Origin: Syntrophaceae bacterium UBA4810
Lineage (GTDB): Bacteria; Desulfobacterota; Syntrophia; Syntrophales; Smithellaceae
Direction: 5' to 3'
Assembly (NCBI GenBank): GCA_002402545.1
Contig: DHGA01000061.1
Span: 1,239 to 65,238, forward strand
Length of the DNA stretch: 64,000 bases
The position numbers and the translations under genes were made by a program. The notes under the pieces are model-generated. The model was not told the origin of the DNA, searched no databases, and was given only the letters and a program-made list of their open reading frames with translations. Below are positions 26,919-36,317 of the stretch, piece after piece; within the stretch, counting starts at the first letter, position 1, and every line of letters begins with the position of its first letter.

Positions 26919-28271
26919 ATGATTATCATGAATCATTTGGATAACCTCGTTAAGATGTACTGGGAGGCGGTGCGCACCGTTGACCCTGGCATGCTCATCA
27001 CCTCCTACGTAAAAAAAGAAAACGGCAAGCTAATCATCAAAAATCCAGGAACCATCATTTCCGAAGACTTGTCCCGCTACAAACAGATAATCGTTTGCGG
27101 CATCGGCAAGGCTGCGGCAAGGATGGCCGCGGCAATAGAACAAGTTTTGGGAGACGATATTGCCCACGGCCTGGTCATCACCAAATACGGACATACGGTT
27201 AAAACCAAAAAAATAAAAGTAATGGAAGCGGGGCATCCGCTGCCGGATGAAAACAGCGTGCGGGGCGCCAAAGTTCTCACGCAAATGGCGCGTGAAGCTG
27301 ATGAAGAAACTCTGGTTATTAATCTAATCTCCGGCGGTGGCTCGGCTCTTTTTTGCCTTCCCGCAGGCGCTCTCACCCTCGCGGATAAAATACAGACAAC
27401 AAAGCTACTTTTGGCCTGCGGCGCGGATATCGACGAAATGAATTGCGTGAGAAAGCATCTCTCGCGGGTAAAAGGAGGCGGCCTGGCCAGAATCGCTTAT
27501 CCGGCGCGGCTTATCAATCTGATTTTATCGGATGTAATCAGCGACCGAATCGATACCATCGCTTCCGGTATTACCGCGCCCGACCCGACCACTTTTGCCG
27601 ACGCGCTCGCCATCGCACGGAAATATTCTCTGGAAGATAAGCTTTCACCGGCGGTAATGGAACACCTGCTTCAGGGAACAAAAGGCCTTATCCCGGAAAC
27701 ACCAAAAGAAAATGATTCCGCATTTAAAAAAACTGTAAATATTATTCTCGGTAATAACAAGCTTGCCTGCCAGGCGGCCTTAAGAGAAGCGAAAAACTTG
27801 GGTTACGAGGCGCGTGTCCTGACCACAACTCTCACAGGAGAAGCCTCTGAGGCAGGAGTTATGTTTGCACAAAGAGCAAAAGAGTTAATCACAGATAAGA
27901 CGGGCGAGACGAAAAATTCCCTGCTGATCAACGGAGGCGAAACCACGGTTACCATACAAGGAGAAGGAAAGGGAGGCAGGAATCAGGAAATGGCGCTGGC
28001 CTTCGCCTGTGAACTCAACCGCATACAGCCCGGCGCTCGCAACGTTTATTTTCTGTCCGCCGGCACAGACGGCAGCGACGGGCCCACTGATGCCGCGGGG
28101 GCTTTCGTCACGCCGGAACTGATAGAAGAAATGAAAAACATCGCGGCCACGGCGGAAGCGCATCTGGCGCGAAACGACTCGTATAATTTTTTCGCGAAGA
28201 CGGGCTGCCTGTTCAAAACAGGCCCCACTTACACCAATGTCTGCGATATTCAAATTTTATTGGTTGTGTGA
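26919..28271 (+). CDS. glycerate 2-kinase (DUF4147/MOFRL family)
   Basis: GIGKAAARMA, ISGGGSAL, and GGETTV...GKGGRNQE...GTDGSDGPTD motifs. Confidence 0.8.
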   Translation: MIIMNHLDNLVKMYWEAVRTVDPGMLITSYVKKENGKLIIKNPGTIISEDLSRYKQIIVCGIGKAAARMAAAIEQVLGDDIAHGLVITKYGHTVKTKKIKVMEAGHPLPDENSVRGAKVLTQMAREADEETLVINLISGGGSALFCLPAGALTLADKIQTTKLLLACGADIDEMNCVRKHLSRVKGGGLARIAYPARLINLILSDVISDRIDTIASGITAPDPTTFADALAIARKYSLEDKLSPAVMEHLLQGTKGLIPETPKENDSAFKKTVNIILGNNKLACQAALREAKNLGYEARVLTTTLTGEASEAGVMFAQRAKELITDKTGETKNSLLINGGETTVTIQGEGKGGRNQEMALAFACELNRIQPGARNVYFLSAGTDGSDGPTDAAGAFVTPELIEEMKNIAATAEAHLARNDSYNFFAKTGCLFKTGPTYTNVCDIQILLVV

Positions 28272-28298
28272 TAAACTTGCCCTCAAAAGGAGGTTTTT

Positions 28299-29570
28299 AT
28301 GTGCGATACATGCGGCATCGGGCCTGAATTCACGGGCTCCGGCATCAGCATTTTCGGCAAGAATTCCGACCGCGAGCCGGATGAAACACAGCTTGTGGTG
28401 TCTGTGCCGTCAAAAAATGACGGCGCGAAAGAAGAACTGCGCTGCACTTATATCAGCATTCCTCAAGTTGAGGCTACTTTCGCCATGGTGCTCTCCAAGC
28501 CTTTCTGGCTGTGGGGCGCGGAAATGGGCGTCAACGAAAAAGGCGTGGTTATCGGCAACGAAGCGCTTTTTACCAAAGTAAAACAAGAAAAATCACCGGG
28601 GCTAATCGGAATGGATTTGCTTAGGCTGGCGCTGGAAAGAGGAGGCGATGCCCGGCAAGCGGCACAAATAATAATAGATCTATTAGAAAAATACGGGCAG
28701 GCCGGAGCCTGCGGCTACCGTGATAAAAAATTCAGCTATATGAATTCCTTTATCATCATGGACCGGAAGGTTATCATCAAACTGGAGACAGCGGGCAGGG
28801 ACTACGTCATGAAGGATGCCGGCACGCATGCCGCGATTTCCAACGGCATCACCATCGCGCGGGATTGGGACTCATCGTCGCTCGCGCCGAATACAGACTT
28901 CAGCAAATTCAGCGACCCGTTGATTACCTATTTTTCTGGCAGCGCTTTCCGTAAGGGCGGAAACGAAACCGCCATCAATCAGGCAAAAGGAAAAATCGAC
29001 GCCGGAGAAGTTTTTGCGATGCTCAGGGCTCATCACGGTGACGCGCCGGGAAAGAGCTTCAATCGCGATGTCTGTATGCACGCCGCCGGCCCGCTCATCA
29101 GAAAATCACAAACCACCGGCTCAATGGTGGTGGAGCTGCACCCGGAGGATAAATTCCGGATCTTTGTAACCGGCGGCTCGGCGCCCTGCCTCACCGCCTT
29201 TAAACCGTTTCTGCCGGCAGCGCCTTTTCCTGATACCGTCATCGGCGCCGGTCATTATTCTGATGATTCATACTGGTGGAGGCATGAGGCCTACCATATC
29301 AATGCCTTTTTGCGTTATGAATCCGTCAGGGATTTGGCGCGGCAATACATAAGGGAAATCGAAGGCAAATATGTCGAGAAATTCCCTCCGCACGCGTGGC
29401 GTGAGACTGATGCCTCTTTGGTCGCCAAATCTCACAGCGCCTTTAAAGAATCGGAAGGGCAGGAAAAAATTATTCTCGGACGAATGAAAACAATGAAAAA
29501 ACAGGCGCCGCGGCCGTCCGCTTTATTCTGGAAGCACATTGCCGGGCGTTGTGGCGTGCCACTTGTATAA
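28299..29570 (+). CDS. Ntn-hydrolase, C69 dipeptidase-like
   Basis: Met-Cys N-terminus (MCDT..) and a GKNSDREPDE block. Confidence 0.5.
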   Translation: MCDTCGIGPEFTGSGISIFGKNSDREPDETQLVVSVPSKNDGAKEELRCTYISIPQVEATFAMVLSKPFWLWGAEMGVNEKGVVIGNEALFTKVKQEKSPGLIGMDLLRLALERGGDARQAAQIIIDLLEKYGQAGACGYRDKKFSYMNSFIIMDRKVIIKLETAGRDYVMKDAGTHAAISNGITIARDWDSSSLAPNTDFSKFSDPLITYFSGSAFRKGGNETAINQAKGKIDAGEVFAMLRAHHGDAPGKSFNRDVCMHAAGPLIRKSQTTGSMVVELHPEDKFRIFVTGGSAPCLTAFKPFLPAAPFPDTVIGAGHYSDDSYWWRHEAYHINAFLRYESVRDLARQYIREIEGKYVEKFPPHAWRETDASLVAKSHSAFKESEGQEKIILGRMKTMKKQAPRPSALFWKHIAGRCGVPLV

Positions 29571-29619
29571 TAGACAAAGCGGCAGAACTGTTCACTGGCT
29601 TGCGTTAACCAATTCATTA

Positions 29620-29648
29620 TTGACTTATAGAATTATCTTTTCTATATA
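29620..29648 (+). promoter_or_regulatory. promoter at the left edge of the RiPP-like cluster (TTGACT-17-TATATA)
   Basis: Consensus-like boxes 65 nt upstream of the nucleotidyltransferase start. Confidence 0.5.
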
Positions 29649-29712
29649 AGGTTGGTGACAGCCTGATATTTTTTTAACGGCCTTATTATTAATTCCCCAT
29701 CTAAGGATTTTG

Positions 29713-30906
29713 ATGCGGCAGTCCAACTCAAATATAAAAATTTTATCTCTGTTTTCTCTTTTATATTCAGGCGGCAATTTTAAAAGCAACGCGTCGGCTC
29801 TGTCCGTCATTGATTGGCCGGAAATGACCACTTTTATTATGGAAAAAGGTTTGGCTGGGCATTTCTACAGCATTCTCTATCAAAATCCAACCGCCGCCGC
29901 ACTCATTCCTGCAGATACAATGGAAAGATTGAAAACCGCCGCTCGACGCGTCGCCGCTCACAATGTTTTTTACGAAACCCAATGCGCGGCAATACTCAAA
30001 GATTTGTCCGCAGCGGGAATAGAAAGCATTTTGCTTAAAGGCTTTTCCTATATGCGGGATATTTATGGCGACACTTCTTCCCGCAGCATGAGCGATATTG
30101 ATCTGCTTGTTCGCCCGGCCGACCGGATTAGAGCGCACGAATACCTGATAGATAACGGATTTTCTCTTTGCGTAATCCCTTCTTTCCGGGGCAGCCGGGA
30201 GGATTTCCTGCGCCTGACCGATATTATCGGCGAAACGCATTACATGAAACAAACCGGCGCGCTCACCGCGAGCGTCGACCTGCACTGGAAAATGCGCGCG
30301 GAATTTCCCATGAATAATTACATGGATTTGGATAAATTTCCCTGGTGGAAAAACGCCACGACTGTAGACATCGGCGATGCCCAGGCAAGAAGACTTGTGC
30401 CGGAGATGCAGTTCATTCATCTGGCGCTGCATTTCGCCATTCGTCATCACTATTGGGGGTTGAGATGGTTTGTGGAATTATTTCTTTTTCTGAAAACGTT
30501 CGGAGAAAAGCTGGATTGGGATTTCGTTTATCAAACAACTTCATCAAGTGACTGCCGCAAACTGCTGGGAGTCTGCCTGCGCCTTGTTAAAGATTATTTA
30601 GGCGATGCGTGCCCCGCTTCTGCAGAATGGCAAAAATTTCTGCCTGTCCGTTCTCTGTTACCCGGTGAATACAGCTTTTATAAAAGCTACCTTGCGCGGG
30701 ATAAAAAATCACGGCTGGCCGAATATCTTTGCATGCCGCTCAGCCCCGCGACGATTACCGGCCGGCTGAAGATGATTTATTATTTCCTCTTTGACGCGCA
30801 GGGAGTCGTTTTCTGGCAGGGAGCAGAAACCAGAGTGCCAAAAATGTTGCATCCTTTCTATGTTTTGTATATTGTTGCCCGGCAGTTACTGCGCCGTAGA
30901 AACTGA
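29713..30906 (+). CDS. nucleotidyltransferase family protein (NTP_transf_5-like)
   Basis: GFSYMRDIYGD...SMSDIDLLV NTase motif. The size and context (next to PqqD and an HPrK-like kinase) fit the family seen in lasso and other RiPP loci. Confidence 0.65.
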   Translation: MRQSNSNIKILSLFSLLYSGGNFKSNASALSVIDWPEMTTFIMEKGLAGHFYSILYQNPTAAALIPADTMERLKTAARRVAAHNVFYETQCAAILKDLSAAGIESILLKGFSYMRDIYGDTSSRSMSDIDLLVRPADRIRAHEYLIDNGFSLCVIPSFRGSREDFLRLTDIIGETHYMKQTGALTASVDLHWKMRAEFPMNNYMDLDKFPWWKNATTVDIGDAQARRLVPEMQFIHLALHFAIRHHYWGLRWFVELFLFLKTFGEKLDWDFVYQTTSSSDCRKLLGVCLRLVKDYLGDACPASAEWQKFLPVRSLLPGEYSFYKSYLARDKKSRLAEYLCMPLSPATITGRLKMIYYFLFDAQGVVFWQGAETRVPKMLHPFYVLYIVARQLLRRRN

Positions 30907-30944
30907 TGAAACGCCAATTTGCATAAAATAACGGAGAAATGCAT

Positions 30945-31211
30945 ATGAAAAAAATCCCGAAGAAGAACCCGGATATTATCTGGAAAAATGTAAAAGGAGA
31001 GACCGTGCTTCTCAATCCCCAAAGCGGAAAGTATTACGGCCTCAACAAGGTCGGCTGCGCCTTCTGGGAAAAGGTAGACGGAAAAAAAGCAATGCCGGAG
31101 ATCGCCGACTTATTGCTCAAAGAATTCACCGTGGAAAGAGAAAGGCTTCTGGGGGACTTGGAAGATTTACTTAAAACGCTTACCGAAAACAATATTATAA
31201 CAATAGAATAA
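30945..31211 (+). CDS. PqqD-family RiPP recognition element (lasso B1-like peptide chaperone)
   Basis: About 88 aa with the ...GETVLLNPQSGKYYGLNKVGCAFWEKVDGK...EIADLL..EF.V pattern typical of PqqD. Confidence 0.8.
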   Translation: MKKIPKKNPDIIWKNVKGETVLLNPQSGKYYGLNKVGCAFWEKVDGKKAMPEIADLLLKEFTVERERLLGDLEDLLKTLTENNIITIE

Positions 31212-31221
31212 AGAGGCCGGA

Positions 31222-32214
31222 TTGCAGAAATATTCTTATATTTTTGATGCTTTTGGAAGTTCGTTTGGAGTATCGGGCAACTGGCCTGACTGCCTCAAAG
31301 ATATCAGCGCCTGGTATGCCTTGCCGCAAAGCAAAATATCGGGCAAGCCGGATTTATCTTTGCAAATCTCCGGCGCCAAAATAGAAGAAATTGACCGGCG
31401 GCTTCCCCTGCCCTCTGAGAATCATAAACTCAAAAAAGGCGTCATGCTGGCCAATGAAAATTTTGATTATACATCTTACGCGGACAACGAAAGGCAATGG
31501 ATTGATTACGCCCGTGTCGGGCGAATTATGATTGATTACGTCAATGGTTCTGCGATAGCGCTTATGTGCGGCAGCGCCATGCTCCCTACCTACCAGAAAA
31601 TTCTTTTTCCCGACTATGCTTTGGACAAACTTCTTACCTCCCGGGGAATTTTTTCGATGCATGCCTCCTGCGCTGTGGTTAACGGCAAAGGCATAGCCTT
31701 TACAGGCAATTCCGGCGCGGGTAAGTCCACGGCGGCTTTTATGCTGATGCAGAAAGGAATGCAGATACTTACCGATGAAAAATTGTATGTTTTTAAAAAA
31801 GATTGCTACCGGGCGGGGGCGGTTTCGGATATTATTAAGGTAAACGATGATTCCATGTCGAGATTTTTTGCCGGGCGGGATTCTTACAGCGAATATGACG
31901 TTATCGCCGGGGAACATTATTTAAAAATCAGCGCCGCGACAAAATCCGCCGGGCAAAATCAGGTGCCGCTCAAAGCGCTGTGCCTGCTGGAGCAGACAGG
32001 CTTTCCCCAAACGCAGATAACCTCCGTCAATCCCACCAAGCTTGTCGGCGGCCTCTTCCCCGTTACCATAACAGGGACAAGCCGCAGATATAAAGCAGCC
32101 AAGTTTGATTTTATTATGGAAATGCTGGAGAACATCGAGTGCCGTCTGGTTAAATTCGGCACTAATATGGATAGTTTTACGGAAAAAATTAAGGAACTGG
32201 CAGATACATTATAG
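31222..32214 (+). CDS. HPr-kinase-related (HprK-like) P-loop kinase
   Basis: GIAFTGNSGAGKST P-loop in HPrK C-domain context. TTG start after AGAGG. Confidence 0.65.
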   Translation: MQKYSYIFDAFGSSFGVSGNWPDCLKDISAWYALPQSKISGKPDLSLQISGAKIEEIDRRLPLPSENHKLKKGVMLANENFDYTSYADNERQWIDYARVGRIMIDYVNGSAIALMCGSAMLPTYQKILFPDYALDKLLTSRGIFSMHASCAVVNGKGIAFTGNSGAGKSTAAFMLMQKGMQILTDEKLYVFKKDCYRAGAVSDIIKVNDDSMSRFFAGRDSYSEYDVIAGEHYLKISAATKSAGQNQVPLKALCLLEQTGFPQTQITSVNPTKLVGGLFPVTITGTSRRYKAAKFDFIMEMLENIECRLVKFGTNMDSFTEKIKELADTL

Positions 32215-32226
32215 TTATCTGATAAT

Positions 32227-32286
32227 AAAAAAGGCGTTCAATGACCGGATTTAACCCGATTCACTGAGCACCCGATAAAAACAAAA
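32227..32286 (-). terminator. conserved hairpin terminator module, copy 1 (after precursor A1)
   Basis: GGCGTTCAATGA...TCACTGAGCACC flanked by A/T runs. The loop CCGGATTTAACCC is conserved with copies 2 and 3. Confidence 0.55.
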
Positions 32287-32295
32287 TCTGATATT

Positions 32296-32382
32296 TTAAG
32301 GGTCTGGTTGTTTGCTCGAAGTGGTTATATCCGAAAGATCTTCATAAACGACAAGTTCCGGTTTTTCGTAGTCTTGCTTCAT
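32296..32382 (-). CDS. RiPP precursor peptide A1: MKQDYEKPELVVYEDLSDITTSSKQPDP
   Basis: My own codon-by-codon translation. AAGGGGGA RBS. The leader is shared with six paralogs. Confidence 0.8.
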   Translation of the reverse strand: MKQDYEKPELVVYEDLSDITTSSKQPDP

Positions 32383-32642
32383 AGTTGTTCCCCCTTTGAT
32401 TGAATATTAAATTGTTTTTATGCATACGACAAAAATCCATCACAAGCAAGTTTGTTTTTTTTTGCAATGATTCTAGTGAAACAATTCTTCAGAAGCAATA
32501 TATTATAAGCTCAGGTATTTGTGCCTTTTTATGACTTAATAATACTGCTCCATTGGCCAATTTCCCTTGACATATAAGACAGTCTTATCCTACGATTTTG
32601 CAACCAAATATAATATATTATCACAATTAGAGGTGGCTTTGC

Positions 32643-34190
32643 ATGAAGGAATTGGACCTTGCCTGGTACATGATACGACTGCACACGCGGCTGCGGCGTT
32701 TTGATCATAAGCGAAATAGTCAAGATAAGATAAATATTTTTCACCATGCCAGGAGGGTCACGAGTAAGTTGAGTTCCGTCCTGATTCGCTTTTCTGTAGC
32801 CGAGGCAAAAACCCCGTGGTTTACTGATGACGAAGCTAAAGCGATTCATCAAGAGAGAGAAAAACTATTAGAGAAGCTTTCCGGTCGGACAAACCTCAGT
32901 GCCAACGGGACTAAACTCCATCTCGGTAAGCTGTCTCGGGGTTGCACCATTTGCATGGATGGATACTGGGGTTGTAACTATATCAACGGGCGGTGCCACA
33001 GAAACTGCTTTTACTGCATGCGAGATCATTCAATGCAAACGGAACCAAATTCCAAAAGTGATGGTTTTGATTTTGGCACTTCCGAAGAACACATAGAATT
33101 CCTCAAAACTTTTCAGATCAGGGGTGTCGGATTTTCCGGGGGAGAACCCTTGTTGGTTCTCGATCGGCTCTTGGAGCACATTGTTGCGATACGTAAGGAA
33201 CTCGGTTCCACAATTTATCTCTGGATGTATACCAATGGCGATTTGGTAAACCGCGAGACGCTTAGTGCGCTCAGAGATGCCGGGCTAAACGAGATCCGTT
33301 TCGATTTGAGCGCCCGAGGTTATGACTTGTCACCTCTTGTGCTCGCCAAGGAATATATCCCCACCGTAGCTGTTGAAATACCGGCCATCCCTGAGGATTT
33401 TCTCTTGGTGAAAAAGTTGCTGGTCGATATGCAGGCTGTTGGCGTCAATCACCTCAATCTTCATCAATTAATGGCTGGGCAGCGTAATTGGAAGGCTTTG
33501 TGCCGTCGGCACTATCACTTTTCGTTTCAAAGTACGCCTGCTGTTCATGAGTCAGAGCTTTGCGCCTTGCGTTTGATTCTGTACGCTTGTGAGCAAAAAC
33601 TGAACCTGCCAATCAATTACTGTTCCGTAGCCTACAAATTTCGTTTTCAGGGACGAGCATTCAGAATGCGGCGCGCCTTGGTTCTTCGGGAAGGGTTTCA
33701 GGAAATAACGGAAGCGGGCTATATCCGATCACTGTGTATATCTGATTCCGCCGATAAGATTGAAGCGCTAGCTAGGCGGTTGAAGGGTGATCATGTGGAA
33801 CCCATATTGTGGAAAGAGGAATGCGATCATGGTGAAATCTCCTTGCACAGCAACCTGATGTCCTATGTTGATTGGTCTTCTGCGACGTTGGCTATCAAAT
33901 ACTATCAGGCTGGTGTTGCGCTCAAGAATAAATCCGCTCGATTCGAACCTGGAAATCTGAAAAGGGATAGGCGTACCGTCAAGACGGTTACCGGCTTGGG
34001 TTGTTCAGCCTTCGATTGTTGGCATAGGCTTTATGTTCAGAAGGAAGCCGCAACAGATGTTTTCAGCCCCACCCATCTTAAACACCTCGGTGTTTCGGAA
34101 GAGAAAAATCGGTTTAAGAATATAATCGGTCAACTGCTTTCTGTGGCCACATACGAACAATTGGAGGCTGGCTTGCCTGATGTGACTTGA
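32643..34190 (+). CDS. radical SAM protein (515 aa, large C-terminal extension)
   Basis: GRCHRNCFYC CX3CX2C motif preceded by an extra Cys cluster (CTICMDGYWGC). GFSGGEPLL glycine-rich SAM motif. Confidence 0.75.
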   Translation: MKELDLAWYMIRLHTRLRRFDHKRNSQDKINIFHHARRVTSKLSSVLIRFSVAEAKTPWFTDDEAKAIHQEREKLLEKLSGRTNLSANGTKLHLGKLSRGCTICMDGYWGCNYINGRCHRNCFYCMRDHSMQTEPNSKSDGFDFGTSEEHIEFLKTFQIRGVGFSGGEPLLVLDRLLEHIVAIRKELGSTIYLWMYTNGDLVNRETLSALRDAGLNEIRFDLSARGYDLSPLVLAKEYIPTVAVEIPAIPEDFLLVKKLLVDMQAVGVNHLNLHQLMAGQRNWKALCRRHYHFSFQSTPAVHESELCALRLILYACEQKLNLPINYCSVAYKFRFQGRAFRMRRALVLREGFQEITEAGYIRSLCISDSADKIEALARRLKGDHVEPILWKEECDHGEISLHSNLMSYVDWSSATLAIKYYQAGVALKNKSARFEPGNLKRDRRTVKTVTGLGCSAFDCWHRLYVQKEAATDVFSPTHLKHLGVSEEKNRFKNIIGQLLSVATYEQLEAGLPDVT

Positions 34191-34320
34191 TTAATTAACA
34201 AGCTGCCGACACTGGTTACCCAAAATAGTTGTGCCGTCCAGGGACTTTAATAGCGGATAAGATTGTTTTTATTATTGAGATGCTGGCAAATGCTGTCAGA
34301 AACATTATAAATGCTTGATA

Positions 34321-34376
34321 AACAAAGGCGCTCAATACCGGGATTTAACCCTATTCATTGATCGCCAGATAAAAAA
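34321..34376 (-). terminator. conserved hairpin terminator module, copy 2 (after precursor A2)
   Basis: GGCGCTCAAT-loop(ACCGGGATTTAACCC..)-ATTGATCGCC, with a T-run on the minus strand. Confidence 0.6.
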
Positions 34377-34387
34377 GATACTTACTG

Positions 34388-34477
34388 TTATACAGGACTG
34401 GTACTCAAGCCACCTGTCGTTACATCCGAAAGGTCTTCGTAAACAATCAGTGCGGGTGTTTCATAATCTTGTTTCAA
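34388..34477 (-). CDS. RiPP precursor peptide A2 (TTG start): MKQDYETPALIVYEDLSDVTTGGLSTSPV
   Basis: In-frame TAA two codons upstream of the TTG, and GGAGGG 6 nt upstream. Confidence 0.7.
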   Translation of the reverse strand: MKQDYETPALIVYEDLSDVTTGGLSTSPV

Positions 34478-34538
34478 AATTTACCCTCCTCAGATAATTA
34501 AAATACCTTTTAAGGTTTAAGGTTAAAAATATCCTGTT

Positions 34539-34634
34539 TTAATCTACTACTGTTTTGCTTATTGGCCCGCCTGTCGTGACGTCAGAAAGATCTTCATAGA
34601 CAACAAGTTCGGGTTTTTCGTATTCTTTTTTCAT
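34539..34634 (-). CDS. RiPP precursor peptide A3: MKKEYEKPELVVYEDLSDVTTGGPISKTVVD
   Basis: GGGAGG RBS. My own translation. Confidence 0.8.
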   Translation of the reverse strand: MKKEYEKPELVVYEDLSDVTTGGPISKTVVD

Positions 34635-34760
34635 GGTTACGCCTCCCTGGATTTCTTACTATAATGAATTGCTGAATAAATACAACAAAAACAAACAGTA
34701 GTCAATTTATTTTAGGGTTATAAAAACATAAAAATGCAAAATGGTGGAGTAGACAATATA

Positions 34761-34789
34761 TTGACACAAAAGTTCAATGTTCTTATACT
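34761..34789 (+). promoter_or_regulatory. promoter (TTGACA-17-TATACT) upstream of the formyltransferase gene
   Basis: Consensus boxes 52 nt upstream of the ATG at 34841. Confidence 0.55.
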
Positions 34790-34840
34790 TTCTGACCGCA
34801 TACTCGGCGGTAAACAAAAGAGGTTAAGGGGCATTTTTTT

Positions 34841-35779
34841 ATGAGAGTATTATTTATCGGCCAAAACGGGTCTTTCAGCACATATCCTCTGCGCAAAATC
34901 GCGGCGGAGCACGAAATCGTGGGCATTGTGGAATCCGTACCGCAAAAGTACACGCCAATGAAAGCAAAGCTGCTAAAATTTTTAACCCGCTACAATAAAA
35001 AGCAGACGCTCAGATCATTGGCCCGACAAATGTCCGTGCCCTACTTTTTGCTGCAGAGAGGCAAAAAAAATGGCCTCGCTTCTTTCGTTAAAACACTTAA
35101 CCCGGATATTATCTGCGTGGCTTCTATGTCGGAGCTTTTGCCCAAAGAAGTTTTTTCCATGCCTCCATTCGGGACAATAAATTTCCACCCCGCGTTGCTT
35201 CCCCAATACCGCGGCCCTCGGTCGTTTTTCTGGCAGTATTATTTTATGGAACCGGAAACAGGCGTAACCATTCATTACATAGACGAAGGCGAAGATACGG
35301 GTGATATCATCAGGCAAAAAAGCATTCCCATATTTTTGGGCATGAAAAGCGGGGAACTAGTAAATGAAATAACCATTATTGGAGCGGCACTCATGGCAGA
35401 GGCGCTTGACGATATAAGCAAAGGGACTGTCCAGAGCGTACCGCAAAAGCATCTGCCCTGCCCTTTTCGAGCAAGGCGCGAGAAAAAGGGCGAAGAGCTT
35501 ATTGACTGGAACTGGCCGATTGAACGCATCTGGCATTTTCTACGCGGAACGGCGTATCAGGATAAATCGTTCAAATACAGGTTGCCCGGCTCTTCCTGGA
35601 TTGTGAGGGATTTCAAAAAAGGCGAAACTGACGGCACAGCGGGGATGCTGAAAATCAGCTTACAGGGTTTCTACATGACCCACAGGGAAGGAAAAATCTT
35701 TGTTACCCTGAAATGGTCGCTAATAGATTTCGCCCGCGATTTATATCACTTTGCTTTAAAATTAACGGGACAAGATTGA
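34841..35779 (+). CDS. formyltransferase (Fmt/PurN-fold, with Fmt-like C-terminal domain)
   Basis: NFHPALLPQYRG (catalytic His block) and IHYIDEGEDTGDII (Asp block). Confidence 0.75.
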   Translation: MRVLFIGQNGSFSTYPLRKIAAEHEIVGIVESVPQKYTPMKAKLLKFLTRYNKKQTLRSLARQMSVPYFLLQRGKKNGLASFVKTLNPDIICVASMSELLPKEVFSMPPFGTINFHPALLPQYRGPRSFFWQYYFMEPETGVTIHYIDEGEDTGDIIRQKSIPIFLGMKSGELVNEITIIGAALMAEALDDISKGTVQSVPQKHLPCPFRARREKKGEELIDWNWPIERIWHFLRGTAYQDKSFKYRLPGSSWIVRDFKKGETDGTAGMLKISLQGFYMTHREGKIFVTLKWSLIDFARDLYHFALKLTGQD

Positions 35780-35803
35780 ACAAAAAAAGATTAGTGCTCG
35801 AAA

Positions 35804-35860
35804 TAAAAAAGGCGCTCAATGCCGGGATTTAACCCCGTATATATTGAGCGCCCGATAAAA
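35804..35860 (-). terminator. conserved hairpin terminator module, copy 3 (after precursor A4)
   Basis: Perfect 10-bp stem GGCGCTCAAT/ATTGAGCGCC, 22-nt loop, and T6 on the minus strand. Confidence 0.7.
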
Positions 35861-35872
35861 AAGATGCTTACT

Positions 35873-35959
35873 CTATCTTACGTCGCTAGGAACTCCAGTT
35901 GTTATCTCTGAAAGATCTTCATACACAACAAGTTCGGGTTTTTCATATTCTTCTTTCAT
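35873..35959 (-). CDS. RiPP precursor peptide A4: MKEEYEKPELVVYEDLSEITTGVPSDVR
   Basis: AAAGGA RBS. My own translation. Confidence 0.8.
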   Translation of the reverse strand: MKEEYEKPELVVYEDLSEITTGVPSDVR

Positions 35960-35991
35960 GTTTTTTTCCTTTCTGTGTGTGCTTTTCTACG

Positions 35992-36087
35992 CTAAAATGC
36001 TGTGCTTGGTTCTTGTGCGAATCCCTGCGTTATAACCAAAAGGTCTTCGTAAACTACAAGTTCAGGTTTCTCGTATTCTTTTTTCAT
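35992..36087 (-). CDS. RiPP precursor peptide A5: MKKEYEKPELVVYEDLLVITQGFAQEPSTAF
   Basis: GGGAGG RBS. The 5' UTR is nearly identical to that of A3. Confidence 0.75.
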   Translation of the reverse strand: MKKEYEKPELVVYEDLLVITQGFAQEPSTAF

Positions 36088-36177
36088 GTTTACGCCTCCC
36101 TGGATTTCTTACAATTGCGCAGTTATCTTCGCAAGAGCTTCATCAATAACCCTTTTCGGCGGGAAGCACTCGATCAA

Positions 36178-36261
36178 TTAAGCAATAGTCGTGCTTCCTG
36201 TTGTTATCTCTGAAAGATCTTCATAAACAATCAGTTCAGGTTTTTCATAGTCTTGTTTCAT
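36178..36261 (-). CDS. RiPP precursor peptide A6: MKQDYEKPELIVYEDLSEITTGSTTIA
   Basis: My own translation. Weak AAGAGA RBS. Confidence 0.75.
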   Translation of the reverse strand: MKQDYEKPELIVYEDLSEITTGSTTIA

Positions 36262-36317
36262 CGTTTTTCTCTTTTTATTAGCGGCTTGATTTTACGACGT
36301 TATCAACTACGGCGCTA

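Noticed and set aside
34315-34497. 60-aa plus-strand ORF in the track (and the 104-aa ORF at 35899-36213)
   Set aside because: They run antisense across precursor genes A2 and A4-A6, lack an RBS, and have low-complexity or odd composition. They are shadows of the minus-strand mini-genes.
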